64,000 nucleotides of DNA from Ptychomitrium polyphyllum (GCA_973851085.1 OZ316776.1:15810001-15874000); one strand, 5' to 3'; numbered from the stretch's first letter, positions 1-14,269 are shown. Made by a program: numbers and translations. Notes: generated by a model from the sequence alone, not told the origin.

Positions 1-3000
1 CGCAACGCTTCAAAGGCTCGCATACTCTCAGGATCAAATCCTCCAGCGAACTGCACGGTACATTCAAATAGTGTGAATACCTTAGGATTGGATGTAAAGT
101 ACTGTACACTACAAGCTCATCAGCATCGAAGACGAAATCAAGTGTTAATTGATTACGGTACATAAAATTACGCCACGTGTTGGACGTCATGCCCAAACTA
201 ATAGCGAATTTAAACCATTTTCATTCGGATAGGACAAACTTTTTATCAAACAAAAAGGACTATGAATGAGAAACAATATAGCAATATTACTCCACTGGCC
301 AGATGAAAATCACAATCAAGTCATGTATATAAGAGTATCAAGGCAACTCCAACATGATCACTAGTGTCTAGCATATACTTTGAAGCTTTGAAGATATTAG
401 AGAAGAGAAGTTGAAACCAGAAAAGGAGTACCTGATGAACTCGGAATGCAAAGCGGACTCCCTGCAGCAACAGAAACTCACGCACAGGCTCGTTGATAGA
501 TCCTATTTGGTCGAGCTCTGTTGAGACTCGTTTCATGTACAGACGGGCCAATTTCACTGAAGCCAGCTTAATCTGCATCAACCCAAAATGAGTTAGTGCC
601 ACACACTTATCATAGGCTATGTTAGTTTACAGCAGAAAACATGGCACACATATGTTTTAAGAAAAAATACTTCACGAGATGTCATTAGCAGGTGGGATCA
701 ATGAGGATGAAAACCACGCCTGCAAGAGGCCGACGGAAGTGGGTTCATCTTTAATCATTTAACTTATCCAAACGACAGTCTGATCCTAACCTTTCTAGAA
801 AAAATACGAGTAAAAAGGAAGGACATTGACACACCTTGCCCACAATGCCAGAGTCAAGCATCCATTGGACCGGAATACTAAATTCTTTATAACGAGCCAT
901 GGCCATGTCCCTTGTTCTCAGCAGTCCATATACACTCTGCTCCACTCTGCAGGATCCATAGCCAGTCGATGTAAGTCGGACCATACTTCCTGGTGTGAGG
1001 ATCTGGATCCATAAAAAAAACTGCAAACCTTTCTGTACTTCACATAGTCGCGGTCTCGTTCCAAAACATCACATAGTAATTACGAATCTAAGAGTACTGT
1101 ACAAATGATGTTAAGAAGGTCCGACAAACTACAAAAAAAGGTACCCAGCCTGGAAGAAACTCACTTCTCTAGCATGGCCAGCATTTTCTTCAGGGCTTTG
1201 TCACATGGCACCTCTGGCCTGTCTTCAAATTGAGATACTTCAGCCAGAAGTTTCATTAAATTCCGATATTCAAATGCAGCTTCACGCATTGCATCGGCCT
1301 TGCCCTCTGGCCAATCAAAGTGTTTCAGAACTGCTGTTTCGTCAACCTGTTGAACAAATGCAACACAATTTCTGAGATAAAATCACTGGAATTAACTGTG
1401 CTCATACACTTGTGAACAGAAGGTCACTCAACACTTATGAACACGGTAAACCATGCTCCTCCGAGGTGCAGAGCCATAGCAGACATAATAAATTCTCACT
1501 TGCACACACTAACTAAAAACCTTCTGAAGTTAGAAGGGAAACATCAGCTGCGTCAGATGAAATTTTTCAACAAGTAGAAAATATATGCGCATACCAAAAA
1601 AGAGAGCTCGTCGTCCAGCCATGCCACGAAATCCACAACATCTTTAATGTCACTATAGGCAGCAGCTCTCACTTCAGCTGCTAGTGACATGACAAATTCT
1701 CCTTGTGTCTCCACATCAGCCTTGATCTGTATTCAACATCATTCAATAAGTCTTGACTCAATGTCACTAGGTAAGGACCTGGCAGCTGGTTTGCCACAAA
1801 CGCATGCTATCAGTGTTCAATTATGAAGTGAGTTGTGCGCAGACTTGTAGTGAGTAACACTACAAGCACAAATTTGCAAAAGGGTCAGAGTAATCAGTTC
1901 TGAAACACTTACAGCTAACAAATGTGTGGACCGATTCTCGATCTCGCCAATCATGTTGTTACGAGCCTCTGGATTACTTCCACCAGCTGCGGTAACCACA
2001 GCACCCTTTGCATCACGTTTCATAAGCGACTGATAAAACTCCACCACCTCTGGAGCTCTATGTACATCGTCAGAATTTTTGCCTCCCATTTTTGATAACC
2101 CTCCCATTGGTGGGGGAGGCGGAGGCGGCACGCCAGGTCCCCGAGGCGGTGGTGGGGGAGGCGGTGGGGGAATTCCGCCTGGAGCTCCTCCCAGTTGAGA
2201 AGGAGCAGCTGCTGAACTGGGCTGTGGGCGAGTAGGCTTGGGAGGGGGGTTCGGCTTTCGTAGTTCCCTTTTCGCAACTTCAGCTGCCGTTATAGGTTTG
2301 GAGATCACCTCTGCACGCTTTAGTAGTGGCATTGATTCAAAGGACGGCTGCTGTAGGTTCACTTGTTTAATCTTATCTGACCAGTTCACTCTCGGCAACT
2401 TCTCCACTTGAGCTTTTTCCTTCTCTGCTTGAACCCTCTCTCTCTCTGCTTGCGCCTTCTCCTTGATGGCTTGCTCCCTTTCCAGAGCTGCTTTGTGTCT
2501 GTCCTTGAAAGCTGGATACTTTGCAGAAATCTCAGAAGGAACAGATTTTGCAATCACCTGGAAGGAATCAGCAATGCGGTTAAACCCATCCGCACTAGGT
2601 GATGTCACTATTTTGATCGGTGCGAGACTTGAACCTAAACTGGGAGAATTAGGATTAGACCTAAAGGATCCGGACTGTCCTCCTGGTAACGACAGATTAG
2701 AGAGTGATCTCGTGTGGGTCGGCGTTCCTGAGGATTGTGTTTCACCATTGCCAGCGCCATACGTGGTAATTTCAACTGCGTCGCTCGTGTTCCGAATCAG
2801 CAAAGCTTCCAGAGGTCCCTTTGAGATCTTCTTCTTGCGGCTTTTGGCGCCAGGGTCGCTTCTAGAACTCAGGCTCCTCTCGCTTGCGCTCCCTCCGTCG
2901 TCTTTCCTTCCTGTCCAACTCTTCAGCCGCCTGATCAGGCTGTTTTTCTTCGACAGGTGCCCAGACACCAACCCCACTTCCGAGGAAAGGTCACTGGAAT

Positions 3001-5007
3001 CCTCAGAGGGGCTCGAGGTTTCAGACGAGGTGCTCTCATAGCCACTTTCCACCTGATCTTTGGAGCGCATGGTAATCAAATCGGGACCAGCATACTGGAG
3101 AATCAAATCTTTCGCCTTCTCCTGTGACCTGGGGCTCAAGTTCTTGTTCAAATCCATGGCACTGAATTGACCGTCAGTTGCCTTGTGATTGCGCAACTCG
3201 TATCGAAGACACGCATTGACCCACCGCAGATATACAAGCTCCTCCACTTCCGTGAATCGGTCATTCTGTAAACCTTCAACCTGCCGAGCTAAGTCTTCGT
3301 TGGCGTGCCGTAAGGATGCCATATCCTCTTCGGCCTCAGCTAAAATATCCTCCTCTGTTCTGCTCTGCAAGTACTCGACGTCCTGTTCAGCTGCATCTAA
3401 CCTCACAGTCAGCTCCCGTTTCTGGAACTGTAAATCCTTGTTCATGCGCCTCAACTCAACGACTTCAACTTCCATCTCGCGCAACGCTTGCAACTTCCTC
3501 TCCGTTTCCAAGTCAAGTTTACCGCCGTCTTCTTTCTCTTTTTCTAGAGTGGCCACTTTCTGCTTCATCATTAAAAGCTCCGCTTTGTCATTTCCAACTC
3601 TGGTGTTAATTTGTTTCTGAAGTTCCGTGTTTCGCAACCGCGCCTCCTCGAGATCCTTCCTCAGGCCAGCAACACTCGCAGCTTCATCAGCCAGCTTCGT
3701 CGACCTCGCTTCCAATGCCGCGATTCGTTCCTTCAGCTTCGCATTTTGAGCGCTCTTTTCTTCCTCTATCGTTTTCATCTGACTTTGCAGCTTGTCCAAC
3801 TCAAGGTTCCTCTCCTCTAAGCTCTCCTCTAGTTCGATAATCCGAGCGGTCTTCTCTTCCATCTCGTCCTCTAACCTCAGCAGCTCATGTTCTTGGTCTT
3901 CAAGGTCATAATAGTCAAGAAGCTCCGCCTCCATTCTCGACTCCTTCTGCTTGAGTACCTTCACCGTCTCCCTCAGGGCGTGAAGCTCGGCAGTCTCACT
4001 TGCGAGACCGTCGACATACTCGCCCAGTAAATAATCTGGGCCGTCCGGAAACAAGTCTGATGTGTCGGATTTCTGATCCTCACCATCAGTGCTGCCAGCA
4101 TCGCCATGGTAATGCTTTCTTCTAGGACTTGGAGACCTTCTGTTTCCCACTCTCCCTCCCCTGCTTCTGCCAACCCTAACACGCACATCCTCTTTCCCAT
4201 CCTCCCCTGAGCTGGTTTTGAAAGCTTCCAGTTCTGCATCTGCGAGAGCATCTGCACCATACGAGTCCTTCCCACTCTTCACAGATCGCGGGCTTAACAC
4301 CCCGAGCTCCGCTGAATGCAAGAGATCATCAAACTCCGGCAGCAGCAGGTTAGTATCACCGTCCTCGCCTTCTCTCTGGAGACTCGTTGCTAACGAACTT
4401 GGATTCACTCGCTTCACCTCTTCCGCCTGCTACGAAACACACACAACGGTTAATTCAAAATTCAAAATACGACACCTCGAACGACCACATTGATGACAAA
4501 ACGGTGGCAACCATAAAAGGCCTGCGGAATAAGATGGTAGCTCTCGTACCGGCGTTTTCTGCTGCGCATCTTGAAGGTCCGCGTCGGTACTCCCATTTTG
4601 CTTCTTCCCGTGTCCTGAACGCACCAAACACAATAACGAGAGTTGTCAGTGTTTCTCAAAGGGAAAGCAACAGCGTCAGGGCACGACTGCGAGCTTCTTC
4701 ATTGTTCTAAGTACACACTCTGTTTGTCCACACTCCTGTCACTAGCAAAAGTGCAACATCCTGCGCTCCAATTTGAGAGAGAGCTCTCATTGGGTGACAC
4801 TCTCGTGCTTTAGATACTCTCTGGAAACTATATAACTCTCAAAATGAGGCATTGAACACCAAGAAAAGAGACAAGCGATTGCGGGGATGAAAAGGAACAC
4901 CAACCTCCGGCAGCGGCGACATCATGAGCTCCCCTACTCTGGAGCTGCCTTCGGAAACTGATCGCCGCTACAGCTCCTGTGACCGCGAGGCCTAACCGCA
5001 CGAACAT
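1..5007 (-). CDS. CHUP1: CHLOROPLAST UNUSUAL POSITIONING 1 (chloroplast outer-envelope actin polymerization factor), multi-exon, 3' end beyond window start
   Basis: Exons reconstructed from GT/AG sites with consistent phase: 5007-4905 (MFVRLGLAVTGAVAAISF, hydrophobic anchor), 4614-4550, 4429-1913 (coiled coil, SLIRRLKSW, YPAFKDRHK, poly-Pro, VHRAPEVVEFYQSLMKRD, NMIGEIENRSTHLLA), 1726-1595 (IKADVETQGEFV), 1346-1165 (VDETAVLKHFDWPEGKADA), 946-835, 572-432 (FLLLQGVRFAFRVHQ), 50-<1 (FAGGFDPESMRAFEALR). Confidence 0.96.
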
Positions 5008-8000
5008 GAACGATGCTCGCTGTGTCTCTCCTTCCTCTCAAAATTTTCCTCCTTGGTTCTCTTTACATTGGATTCTCTCTCCCTCCCTCCCTCCACTAGC
5101 ACCCACGCAGAAAAGCTCCTAGCTCCTAAAAGCAACAATATTCAAAGCATAGGAGGATCGAATCAATCGACTTCGCTCGTTCCACCCAATTTCTCGATTC
5201 CAACCCCGGGAGCACACTCCCTCCAAGAAACGAACTCTTGACAGCACTTGTCTGGAGAAAAAAGCTTCAGGGAATCAGCTTCTGCACTCTCGACTGCAAA
5301 CCCGTTTCTTTCTTTCACGACTGAATTGAATTGTCACTTGCACGCACCGGACGTCGTCTCCTATCAACACCCTATCAACCCCTGCAGCTAGTAACGACGC
5401 CGTAATCATCTTTCAGTGAGCACGTACACTTCACCACAACACGCAAACGGCTAAGTTGTGGTGCGGTCTTCGCCTTTATTCTATCGGAACCACATTCAAG
5501 TGCATCAGAAACCGTCCGATTTTAAAATGGTACTAAAAACCGTCCTTTTTTGAAATAGTCCCTCTCTACTACTGCAGGCCAAGATTTCAGGGTTGCTTAC
5601 AGGGCTAAATTCGAGAAACAAGTACAGCATGACACTTCCTTTTAACTGGTAACGGTTTTTGATGCAGCTACCTTATCACGAAACACTTCACATGCTCATA
5701 CGCACAATTCATCAGCAAAAGGGGAGAGTGCGAAGGCGCGACGAATCAACGAAGCTCCCGTGTGAAAGTGGACTCTGTAGTGGCCACGACTTCTCCACTG
5801 TGAGTTCGGTCATCGGAGAGATAAGAAACAATCGGCTTGCAGCCGCGGCTTTGCCAATGAGAAGTTCGTTCGAAAATATTTCTCTGCTCGAGCAGAATCC
5901 CATTCGCCACCACAGTAGGAAAGTCCAACGCCGTCGCCTAAAATAACCTCGATCGGGTGCCGCAGATAGATTCCAGCTCACGGCTCCCACGAGCCACAAG
6001 ATCGGACGGCCTAGATGCATGGTGGCGGTGGGACCATTGCATTGGAGCGGATCGGTACTTCGCTATCGCCGGTGCTGCGACGCGGACCGAGGTTTGTGTT
6101 GGTCGATCTACTACGGCGAAACGCACTCTAATGAAGTGCAAAATGCCAAAGCGTCGAAACCGGTGGCCAATAGGGGCTCAGGTTCATGGACTTTGATCTT
6201 TGTTCGCTCCTGCAGCCTTGTCTGAATGTAGACTGGATTGGTCCAATTCACAACCATTGCGGAGCCTCACACGAGCGGACTGCAAATTGCAACCAACCGT
6301 GCGTGGTGTGCGAGCAGCGATCGTAGGAGCAATTAGCGAGTGCACTCTCAGGTTACAATCCCAATCCGTGTTCAAGAGTGATAATCCATGGACAACATGC
6401 ACGTCGTCTGTTTCGACGTCCTGGATTTGATTCCACCAACTGAGAAATCGGCCACTTGTACACTACTTGAAATAGAGGAGGCGAGTCAAATCTGCATGCA
6501 GATAACATCGCCTCCTTTGTTTTTTCTTTTGGATTTTCTCGGAGGCAGATACCGTCATACGGTAGCCTGTGCGTTTTAGTAGGTAGGCGGGTGGGTGGGT
6601 TCATATTGTGCCTTTTTAAATTAATGATTTTTATAGGCAAGTGGGTTTTGCATCACTTGTTTGTACCGATCTTAAATAAAGTTCACCTTCTGTAACATGT
6701 ACCCGTCTAGTGTAGATAAACTGTAGCACTTATGGCATTAAGAGTTAAAAAGTTACACGAGTGTGAGAGTTACTTGGTAGAAATGTCGCCATCCATAATA
6801 CCTGTAAAATATCATAGATTTGTATCAGCTTTTCTAGTTCATGGATTCTGGTACAAGTATCACTTATAAAATTGCAATTTAACAAAGGATGAAGTAAAAT
6901 ATTTGTAATACATTAAACATAACATTTTGTAGTGTAGGTTTATTAGGGAACATGAAAAGCGTAACACCTGTGCCAAAATAACACAATAACACAGTTCACT
7001 GGGGGGGAGTGTGAACCGGTGGATGCAATTGTATCCCTCAGAAAAAACAAAAAAATCCGCTTGAAACTAGGAATTACGAGTTCATAATGTAGTTATCTAA
7101 AACAAATTCCCATTTTGTTTTTTTGGACAATGGCAGTTATGGACAAAGTGAGATTATCCAATTTCAACTGCGGCTCTCTGAATGTGTTTTCTTTATTAAA
7201 AGCTTTGCCACAAAGTGGAACGTGAGGGTTGAGAGTTCTGCAAGTATGTCTCTGGTATCCAGGGGATCTCCTTTTCGGGCGAAAGGCCTAGTAATGGACA
7301 GAATAGCCAGTCTATCCTTTTATTTTCCACATGTTCCTTGTGTTTGATGCTTTTCTTGCCATTTACTCATTAGCTTACTGGTCAGCTTCAAACAAAGTGT
7401 CGAGGACAGCCAACAAAGTAGTATCTGTGCACACTAAAGTACGTGTTCTATAATGTCATCTATGGGAGGCTGTGTGGAATCAAGAATGACCGCTGATGTA
7501 AGTGATATGCATTGCCAAAACTAAGTTCAATGGATGTGAATCCAGATTCTGAAGAAAGTCCATATGTTACATCAGAACTATCTAGATTTCCTTCTAGACT
7601 AACCAAAACGAAATGACGTGGATGCATACATTCCCTTTCCCAAGCCTTCCGCATAGTCGCAAAACTTGTGATCTGTGTATCTTCACTACCTTTCACTTCC
7701 TTCGATATCATCTCATGGCCCAAAGCAGACTTATTTCTTCTCACAATTAATTAACTCCGCACTGGGAAATCAGTCCTTGTGCAATCCAGCCTGAGCTCAG
7801 TATGTGACACCTGCCGTCGACGTGAATTGCAAGTAGTAGATGACTGTTTGGACTAGGATTCACGAAAATTGCAAGTTTGCAAACATCGAAAAAACTCGCT
7901 GGAGTGTCGTTCCAAACGCAAACAAATGAAAGTAATATGCTGCACAATTTGAAGCCGCAGAAGCTTACCACGGTATTCAGTTGGAATAGTTCTTGATAAG

Positions 8001-8676
8001 AGATATACTTCAAAAGCACAGATTAAAAACTGGAGTGAAGAAATAATAATATCTCTTTAAGAAGCCTTCAACATAACGCATAGTGAAGATCTGTTTGCGA
8101 TGTCACAACACCTTAGGAATACAATCAGAGATACAGAACATCTCATTTCAATGCTCGTAACTTCTAACGGCCGAAGCTTCGTATGTTTTTGAGGCTTATG
8201 ATACCAGACTCCGTAACTCAAACCCAAGAAAAGTAAACCAGGAATATCGTTCCGTGTATTATGCATTTCACGTCCCAGAACTCTCAGTAGCCACAAAAGA
8301 GTGTTCGCCGTTTGATTTTAACTTTGCGCCTATGGTACCATGTATCTAACCCTAAACTTCTATGAAAATTGTAAAAAACGGCGTCCAAGTGAATGGACCT
8401 CAACATAAACAACTCCCGTTGCTAGAAGGTCTTGCTAAATAAGCTTGGAAGGTATGATGACACTACACAACAGTAAAATCTACCTATTGTTATCAACCCA
8501 AACGTGAACATATGCCAAAGGTTGAGGATGTAAAAGACAACCTTCTTCGTCTCTCAATATTGTAAGACAGGTACACATCCTTCAAACAAAAATATATATG
8601 ACCGCAAGGAGCTCTCGCAATCACATAAAAGATCTAACTATAGTAGACATTATTGTGCAATATGTCTACGTCGACT

Positions 8677-9822
8677 TCAAGGAGAAGCATCAAGGCACGG
8701 TTGGAATGGAGAATTTGCATGCTCACACGTCTTCACATCGTGCGTATCTTTGGGAGACGTGTGAAAGGTTTTGCTATCCGTGTTATAAAGCAGTACCCAA
8801 GTGTGGTCGAGATTGCTTGAGAAACACATCAGATTGCTGCCGCTTCCAACTGCACTCAATCGAAATGGATTGTAATTCGCACATCTACCAGCGCCCACAG
8901 ATGGTTTCGTCTTCACAGCAAATTCATTCGGAAGCTGCGCTGGCACTGTGTCATACTCCAGAAACTGCAAACCTACTGGCCGCTCAACAACCTCCAATAT
9001 CTTGCGACCATCAGGCCGTAACCCCACCATGAACAACCGATCCTTGCACGCAACAAGTGAAGAGTGTTCAAAGAACTGAGGTGCTGAGACCTGAAGCTCA
9101 TGCCACGTGGATTGCTCGATGTTGAATGCATCCAATTCACAGAAGGGTCGAATCCTGTCCATGAAGAATACACGATCACCGCACCAAATCATAGGAGCCT
9201 TGCTGAAGTGCATAGTACTCTTTGGAACAGGTCCTTCCGTCCACTGATTCGACCTTGAGTCGTAGATTGTCACTCTCCGAATCATGGAACCAGTGCTTGC
9301 CACATTCAAGGTCAAAATCTTGTAAGAGTTTGTCTTGTGATAATACCTCATCCCGAAGTGATTCACTGTCTTCTCTGGATGCTGAGGGAGGTGCCTCCAT
9401 TCTCCAGTGATGGGATTGCAAACGTACACATCCGTAGTGGTGGTGTCTTCACCTGAGGAGAGCCCGTAGCAGAGAAGACCATGTGAGGATGCAAGCACCT
9501 TAAGGTCCGGATCTGGCAACTTAGGAACAGAGAGAATGTTCCACTTGTGAGTATTGACATCATAGGCTGAGAAACTCCTCATGGTTGTGGATACCAAAAA
9601 CCAAGGTTGTTGCCGTGGAGAGAATTCCCTATGAAGCTTCCGGAACATAGGCACGGTGAGGATGTCGCAGCTCCATTTCTTGCAGACGCTGCGCATTCGC
9701 AGCATGTCTTCAACCGAGAGAAAGGCCAGAATGTGTTCGAGCAAGTGGTCGGGAGTCTTGCTCCATATTGACGCTATCATAACCGGTGAGAGATTTTCCT
9801 GGGGAAACGAAGTCGGTTCCAT
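8677..9822 (-). CDS. F-box protein with C-terminal kelch/FBA-like beta-propeller, intronless CDS
   Basis: Long ORF with first ATG at 9822 (MEPTSF). F-box motif WSKTPDHLLEHILAFLSVEDMLRMRSVCKKW, followed by ASSHGLLC and VCNPITGEWRHLP. TATA-like tatata near 10625 and a likely 5'UTR intron upstream. Confidence 0.9.
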   Translation of the reverse strand: MEPTSFPQENLSPVMIASIWSKTPDHLLEHILAFLSVEDMLRMRSVCKKWSCDILTVPMFRKLHREFSPRQQPWFLVSTTMRSFSAYDVNTHKWNILSVPKLPDPDLKVLASSHGLLCYGLSSGEDTTTTDVYVCNPITGEWRHLPQHPEKTVNHFGMRYYHKTNSYKILTLNVASTGSMIRRVTIYDSRSNQWTEGPVPKSTMHFSKAPMIWCGDRVFFMDRIRPFCELDAFNIEQSTWHELQVSAPQFFEHSSLVACKDRLFMVGLRPDGRKILEVVERPVGLQFLEYDTVPAQLPNEFAVKTKPSVGAGRCANYNPFRLSAVGSGSNLMCFSSNLDHTWVLLYNTDSKTFHTSPKDTHDVKTCEHANSPFQPCLDASP

Positions 9823-10998
9823 AGTGGCAAACAAATATAGGAAAAAAATCAAAACTTATATCGAAGAAGAGAGTTGAATGGCAGGAACGGTAAGTATCTG
9901 AAAATTGGAAAGACAAAGGATCGCAACTCGCGAGAGAAGAGAGAGAGAGTCTAGCCTCAAATGTCAAGGAGAACCACACAGGGGAGGTACATTTCAAAAT
10001 TGGGTAATGGAAGTAAGATTGACAAAATGATTTCAAATAAGACAAGTCTCTTCAGAAGACGAAATCGGCATCAAGCACTGTCTTTGAGCTGCATTTACAT
10101 TTGCCAATAAGGGATCCTTCGCACCAAGCTGAAAATGCAAGATTCTACTGCCGTTTTCCAAGCTAAAACTAACATACAACCAAAAGCTCCGAAACCTAAA
10201 ATTACTGCACAACAAGCTTCAGAATTGACACCTAATTTAGATCACTAATGGGAAGCGTAGCAGGGAGAGTCAAATAATCTTTATGCCAATCCTCTATTCG
10301 CAAGAAGCACATTAAGAGAAAAGGATTCTGGATCTGAACTGTAAGCTTGCAATCAAGCTAGCAGAGAACCGCCCAAATGCTCAAGGTGATTCAATGGCAG
10401 AATTGCAGGATTCTGAAAAGTGGGAAGACAAGACAGTACAGAACTGGGAAACGCAATTGATCCAAGCTCCGAGCTTGGCACAAGGAAAGGAAAACCGAGA
10501 AGGATGTGCGCTCAGAAACAATCAACCAGTATTTAACAACCTCACAGTGGGAAGAAGAAGACCTGTCAAGCTCACCCGTGTGCAGCGCTTGCAATGTGGA
10601 CAGCAGAGGAGCAGAGTGAATAAGTATATACAGAGGACGAAGTGAGAGGAGCAGCAGTCAAATGCAGCACCATCAAACCTGTGTGATTATCTGGTGTGGT
10701 CCACAACAACGATGTGTAAGCTCAGGGCTCACGCCCGTTCATGGCAAGCACCTTCTCCTTCTGCTCGCCACCTTCATCTGTCCCTGTCCTTGTGAGCAAC
10801 CAACTGACTCCTAGCAAGATCCATCTTCCCAGCACTAGTCTCAGATATGGAACACTATTTGCACCGTGCATTACTTGTCCCACCTGTTTGTGACCGCAGG
10901 TGGTGTTAGAGCCAATTTGTTAGGAAGAGGTACCTGATGTTGAGAAACTCCATCAATTTCTAAAGATTTCGCCCGGACGTTACTGCCACCCCAAGTGG

Positions 10999-11852
10999 AC
11001 AAGGTGGTGTTGGACCTCATCATAATGAATTATTTCTTGTTCCTGAGATATGCGTTCCTAATCTCTTAGAAAAATGTAACAGTGAATAAGAAAATTTTGG
11101 TGACCATTCTATTTGATCACAAGATGACAACACTGGTGGGAACGCGTTTAGTGCTTGAACAGTGTCATAGTATTTGGCTCACTCAAAATTATTTGCTTTT
11201 TAGATTTCTATACAAAGTATAAAAAGAAACCTTATAGTTTGGTGTTGTCTCTTTGTCCATCCCTCCGTTTGCACTTATAATCAACTTTTACATTTTTTAA
11301 CATTTTATTGTTAACTTTTTTAACTCTAGTATTTTTGTTGTTTGTTGTTTATTGAATATTCTTTATTTAAGTTTGCTTTTCTTCTTTTCAATTTTTTACT
11401 TTTTACTTTTTACTTTTTTATTATTGGTTCTATACTGATAATTTATTTCTTTTGTTTTTATTGTTAATTTTTTTACTATTTTTGTTTACTTTGTACTATT
11501 TACCTTTTACCTTTTACCTTTTTTACTTTTTTATTTTTACAATTGTACAAAAACTTGTATTAAATGTTGTCACATCAAAGATATGAAAGCTACCATATTA
11601 GTTTGTAAAAGAAGTGTGGCAAGAACTTGTTTCAATTTTATCTTTGATAGTTTAGAACACGGAATCATTCTAAGCATAGCATTTTAGCATTCCAAGCATT
11701 CCCATCAACGTTGTCATCTTGCAAATGAACTATCAAAATGAATGGTCACCAAATACTTTAAGTGAATTAGAACATTTTTCTTAAGAAATAGGATTAAGTA
11801 TCTCACATATGAGGAATAATTCATCAAGGATTAGGTCCAAATACTACCTTGT
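10999..11852. mobile_element. Decayed fold-back/MITE-like element with ~150-bp imperfect terminal inverted repeats
   Basis: 10999-~11145 (acaaggtggtgttggacctcatcataatgaattatt...tttggtgaccattc...caagatgacaac...gggaa) aligns with the reverse complement of ~11697-11852 (ttcccatcaacgttgtcatcttg...gaatggtcaccaaa...aataattcatcaaggattaggtccaaatactaccttgt). No clear TSD. Confidence 0.7.
11186..11555 (+). repeat. Dispersed AT-rich repeat (TTTTAC-like arrays), copy 1, nested in the TIR element
   Basis: Both ends match the 48358-48780 copy in reverse orientation (tagatttctatac...ttatagtt...ccatcc at one end; ttttacaattgtacaaaaac at the other). Confidence 0.6.
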
Positions 11853-14269
11853 GCAGAAGTATTTGAAACACCAACATTATGTAGACATAGAATTTTTAAG
11901 AAGTAAAGATTTTACGCTCTACAAGTGCAAAAACTACAAAAATAATAGTTACCTACCTTAAGATTCACAACATACAAATAGTCTTTTGTACTCATTTATT
12001 GTGCTTACTCCAATATTTTCATAGCAAAACAAGGTGAAACTTCGTCAACATGTTAAATTCTAAGAAAATACTAGTACTCAAGTCTCCATCGCTTATGGTT
12101 GCAGTATCAACATGCAAACTTTGTGCAGTTGCTGGAGTCGCCTTGGCGTAGTCACACCTAGTTGCAACGCTGTCTAGACATCCGTAAAGTTTTTCAGGCT
12201 TGACACACAAGCTTGCCAAAGCCTCCATGTTAGCAAACCGTGAGCTCTGTGTTGAGAGGGAGAAGTGATGCAGAAGAACGCTCTAGAATTAGGCTAGTGC
12301 TGCAATGTTAGCAACTTGTTGACCCTCTAGTGCCCATGAGGCTAGAATTGGTCACTGAACTCATGGAAATTGTTATACATAACTTGAAATCTGAGAAGAA
12401 TGAGGTTCACAACAGAACAGTTCAGTTGTGGAGTATGATTTAACGAACACGTGTGCACTTATTTGCACCTTAAGGTGATAATCACAACTCCCATAACACC
12501 ATTTATCATACAGTCAAGAATATGTACATTGTTGTCTTACGATTAGTGTATACATTCTTTTGTAAAGAGGGACTGACGTTGGATTAACTCATTTGTTCTG
12601 AGTGGTTGTGGTAGCCATAATGAGTATGTAAATTGGAAAGATACAATCGCTGCAGACTTGGCAGTGAGAAAGGTTGCTTATGAAAAAATAGCACCTCTCA
12701 ACCGTATGCTTCTGCAGATTTGGCATCCGGTTCTGTATATGTCTATCTTGCAGACATTTTTGTAAAAAAAATTGGCTCACATAAATTGTGCAAAAAATGT
12801 GTAGTTTATGTATTTGATATCTGATATCCATTCCTTAACTGGTGTTCCTCTGACAATTGAGTGAAATTTGCGTTTGCTGGGGACGTATGAGAATGGTAGT
12901 TGCCTTCGTAACATATGTGGTAATTCTCTGTCAATGAGCCTGAGATGGGAATATGTCATTGAAACCGGCTAAATTAAGACTTGTATATGGACTGAAACGT
13001 TTTTATATTTAGAGATTTTACTGTTGATTAGTGAAGTAACACACCCCAATTTTACACTGTTTTTCATAAACACATACAGTCTAAATACTCATTAGAATAT
13101 CAAAATCCAATCATATGGTTTTTTAATTTTAGCCTCCAACCAAATCCACCAGTTATCCATATTCATGTTAGCATTAATGATGTACTAATTAATTCTATAG
13201 TTCAACTTCAAAGATAATCTTTAAAAGGCCTACTTACCATAGGGCTAAGAATGTTATCTACCTAAGAGTAAATTCAATTTAAAAGTTAATAGTGTTTTGG
13301 ATTCAGCTTTATTTTAAGTTTATATAGTCAATGTTGTTCTACTTCTAATGTTGACTCCTCAAATTTGATGAGTCCTCATTTATTTTGAAAGCAAATACAA
13401 AATACATGGCATTCTTAAACTGGCCCATTTAAGAAAAAAAATTAAAAATGATTCTTATATGGAACTTGAACTTCTTCAACTAAAAATACTAAAATGTTCA
13501 AATATAGCCATTACAATGATGTAAAAGCATGTGGATAAATGAAGGAGTGAATATAATTCACTGAAGAATTTGTTTTTCTAAGTAGAAGGAGGAACATATT
13601 TAATAGGAGCATTTTAATTCATTTTAATAAATATTGTAGCTTTAATTTATAATTTCAAAAAGAACCTTAAGTTAATACAACCATAAATAGTATCTTATCA
13701 TGACAAAATAGGGTCAAATTTAATAAGAAACATAAGTAATTCAATATAATAAAAAATTAATTTTTAATTAAAAATACAAGAAAATTCAAATTCAAAGTAG
13801 TTTTAAAGATTTTTAAGGAGCTCCTTCTATTTATTGATAAAATACAGTGTCATTTTATTTTTTAATGACAAGGTGTCATATACATTCATCATACACAATA
13901 AGAAACATGTGACTTTGGAAATATATACAAGGTATCAACAAGTTGTTTCAACTTTTTATTGCAGTTCTTTTTAATGTAATGTTTAACAAGCATCAAGTTA
14001 TTAAGTGGAACAATAAAATTTAGGTAGCTATTTTAGGTAAATATGAGTGTCTTTTTCATGATTAATCATGACTTTTAATGTTTATTAGAATCTTTAGGAT
14101 GGCAAGCTCAATCAAATAATTAAAAATACCAACTAATAGAAGGATGTAGGCAACAACAATTGATAGAACGGGAAAATTTCAAAAAAAATTCAAAAAGTAT
14201 TACAAAGTTATATAGTCTCTAAAGCATGTCTCCTTACAAGACATATGACTTTATGCTTTCCACCTTTCA

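Noticed and set aside
2408..3820. Plus-strand ORFs antisense to CHUP1 exon 3
   Set aside because: Shadow frames of the CHUP1 coding sequence with no independent motifs.
5659..8296. Short ORFs between CHUP1 and the F-box gene
   Set aside because: No recognisable domains or consistent exon structure; likely promoter, UTR and intergenic sequence.
12019..12228. 69-aa ORF MEALASLCVKP with a pyrimidine-rich leader
   Set aside because: Could be a gene 5' fragment, but I cannot assign a family or find downstream exons.
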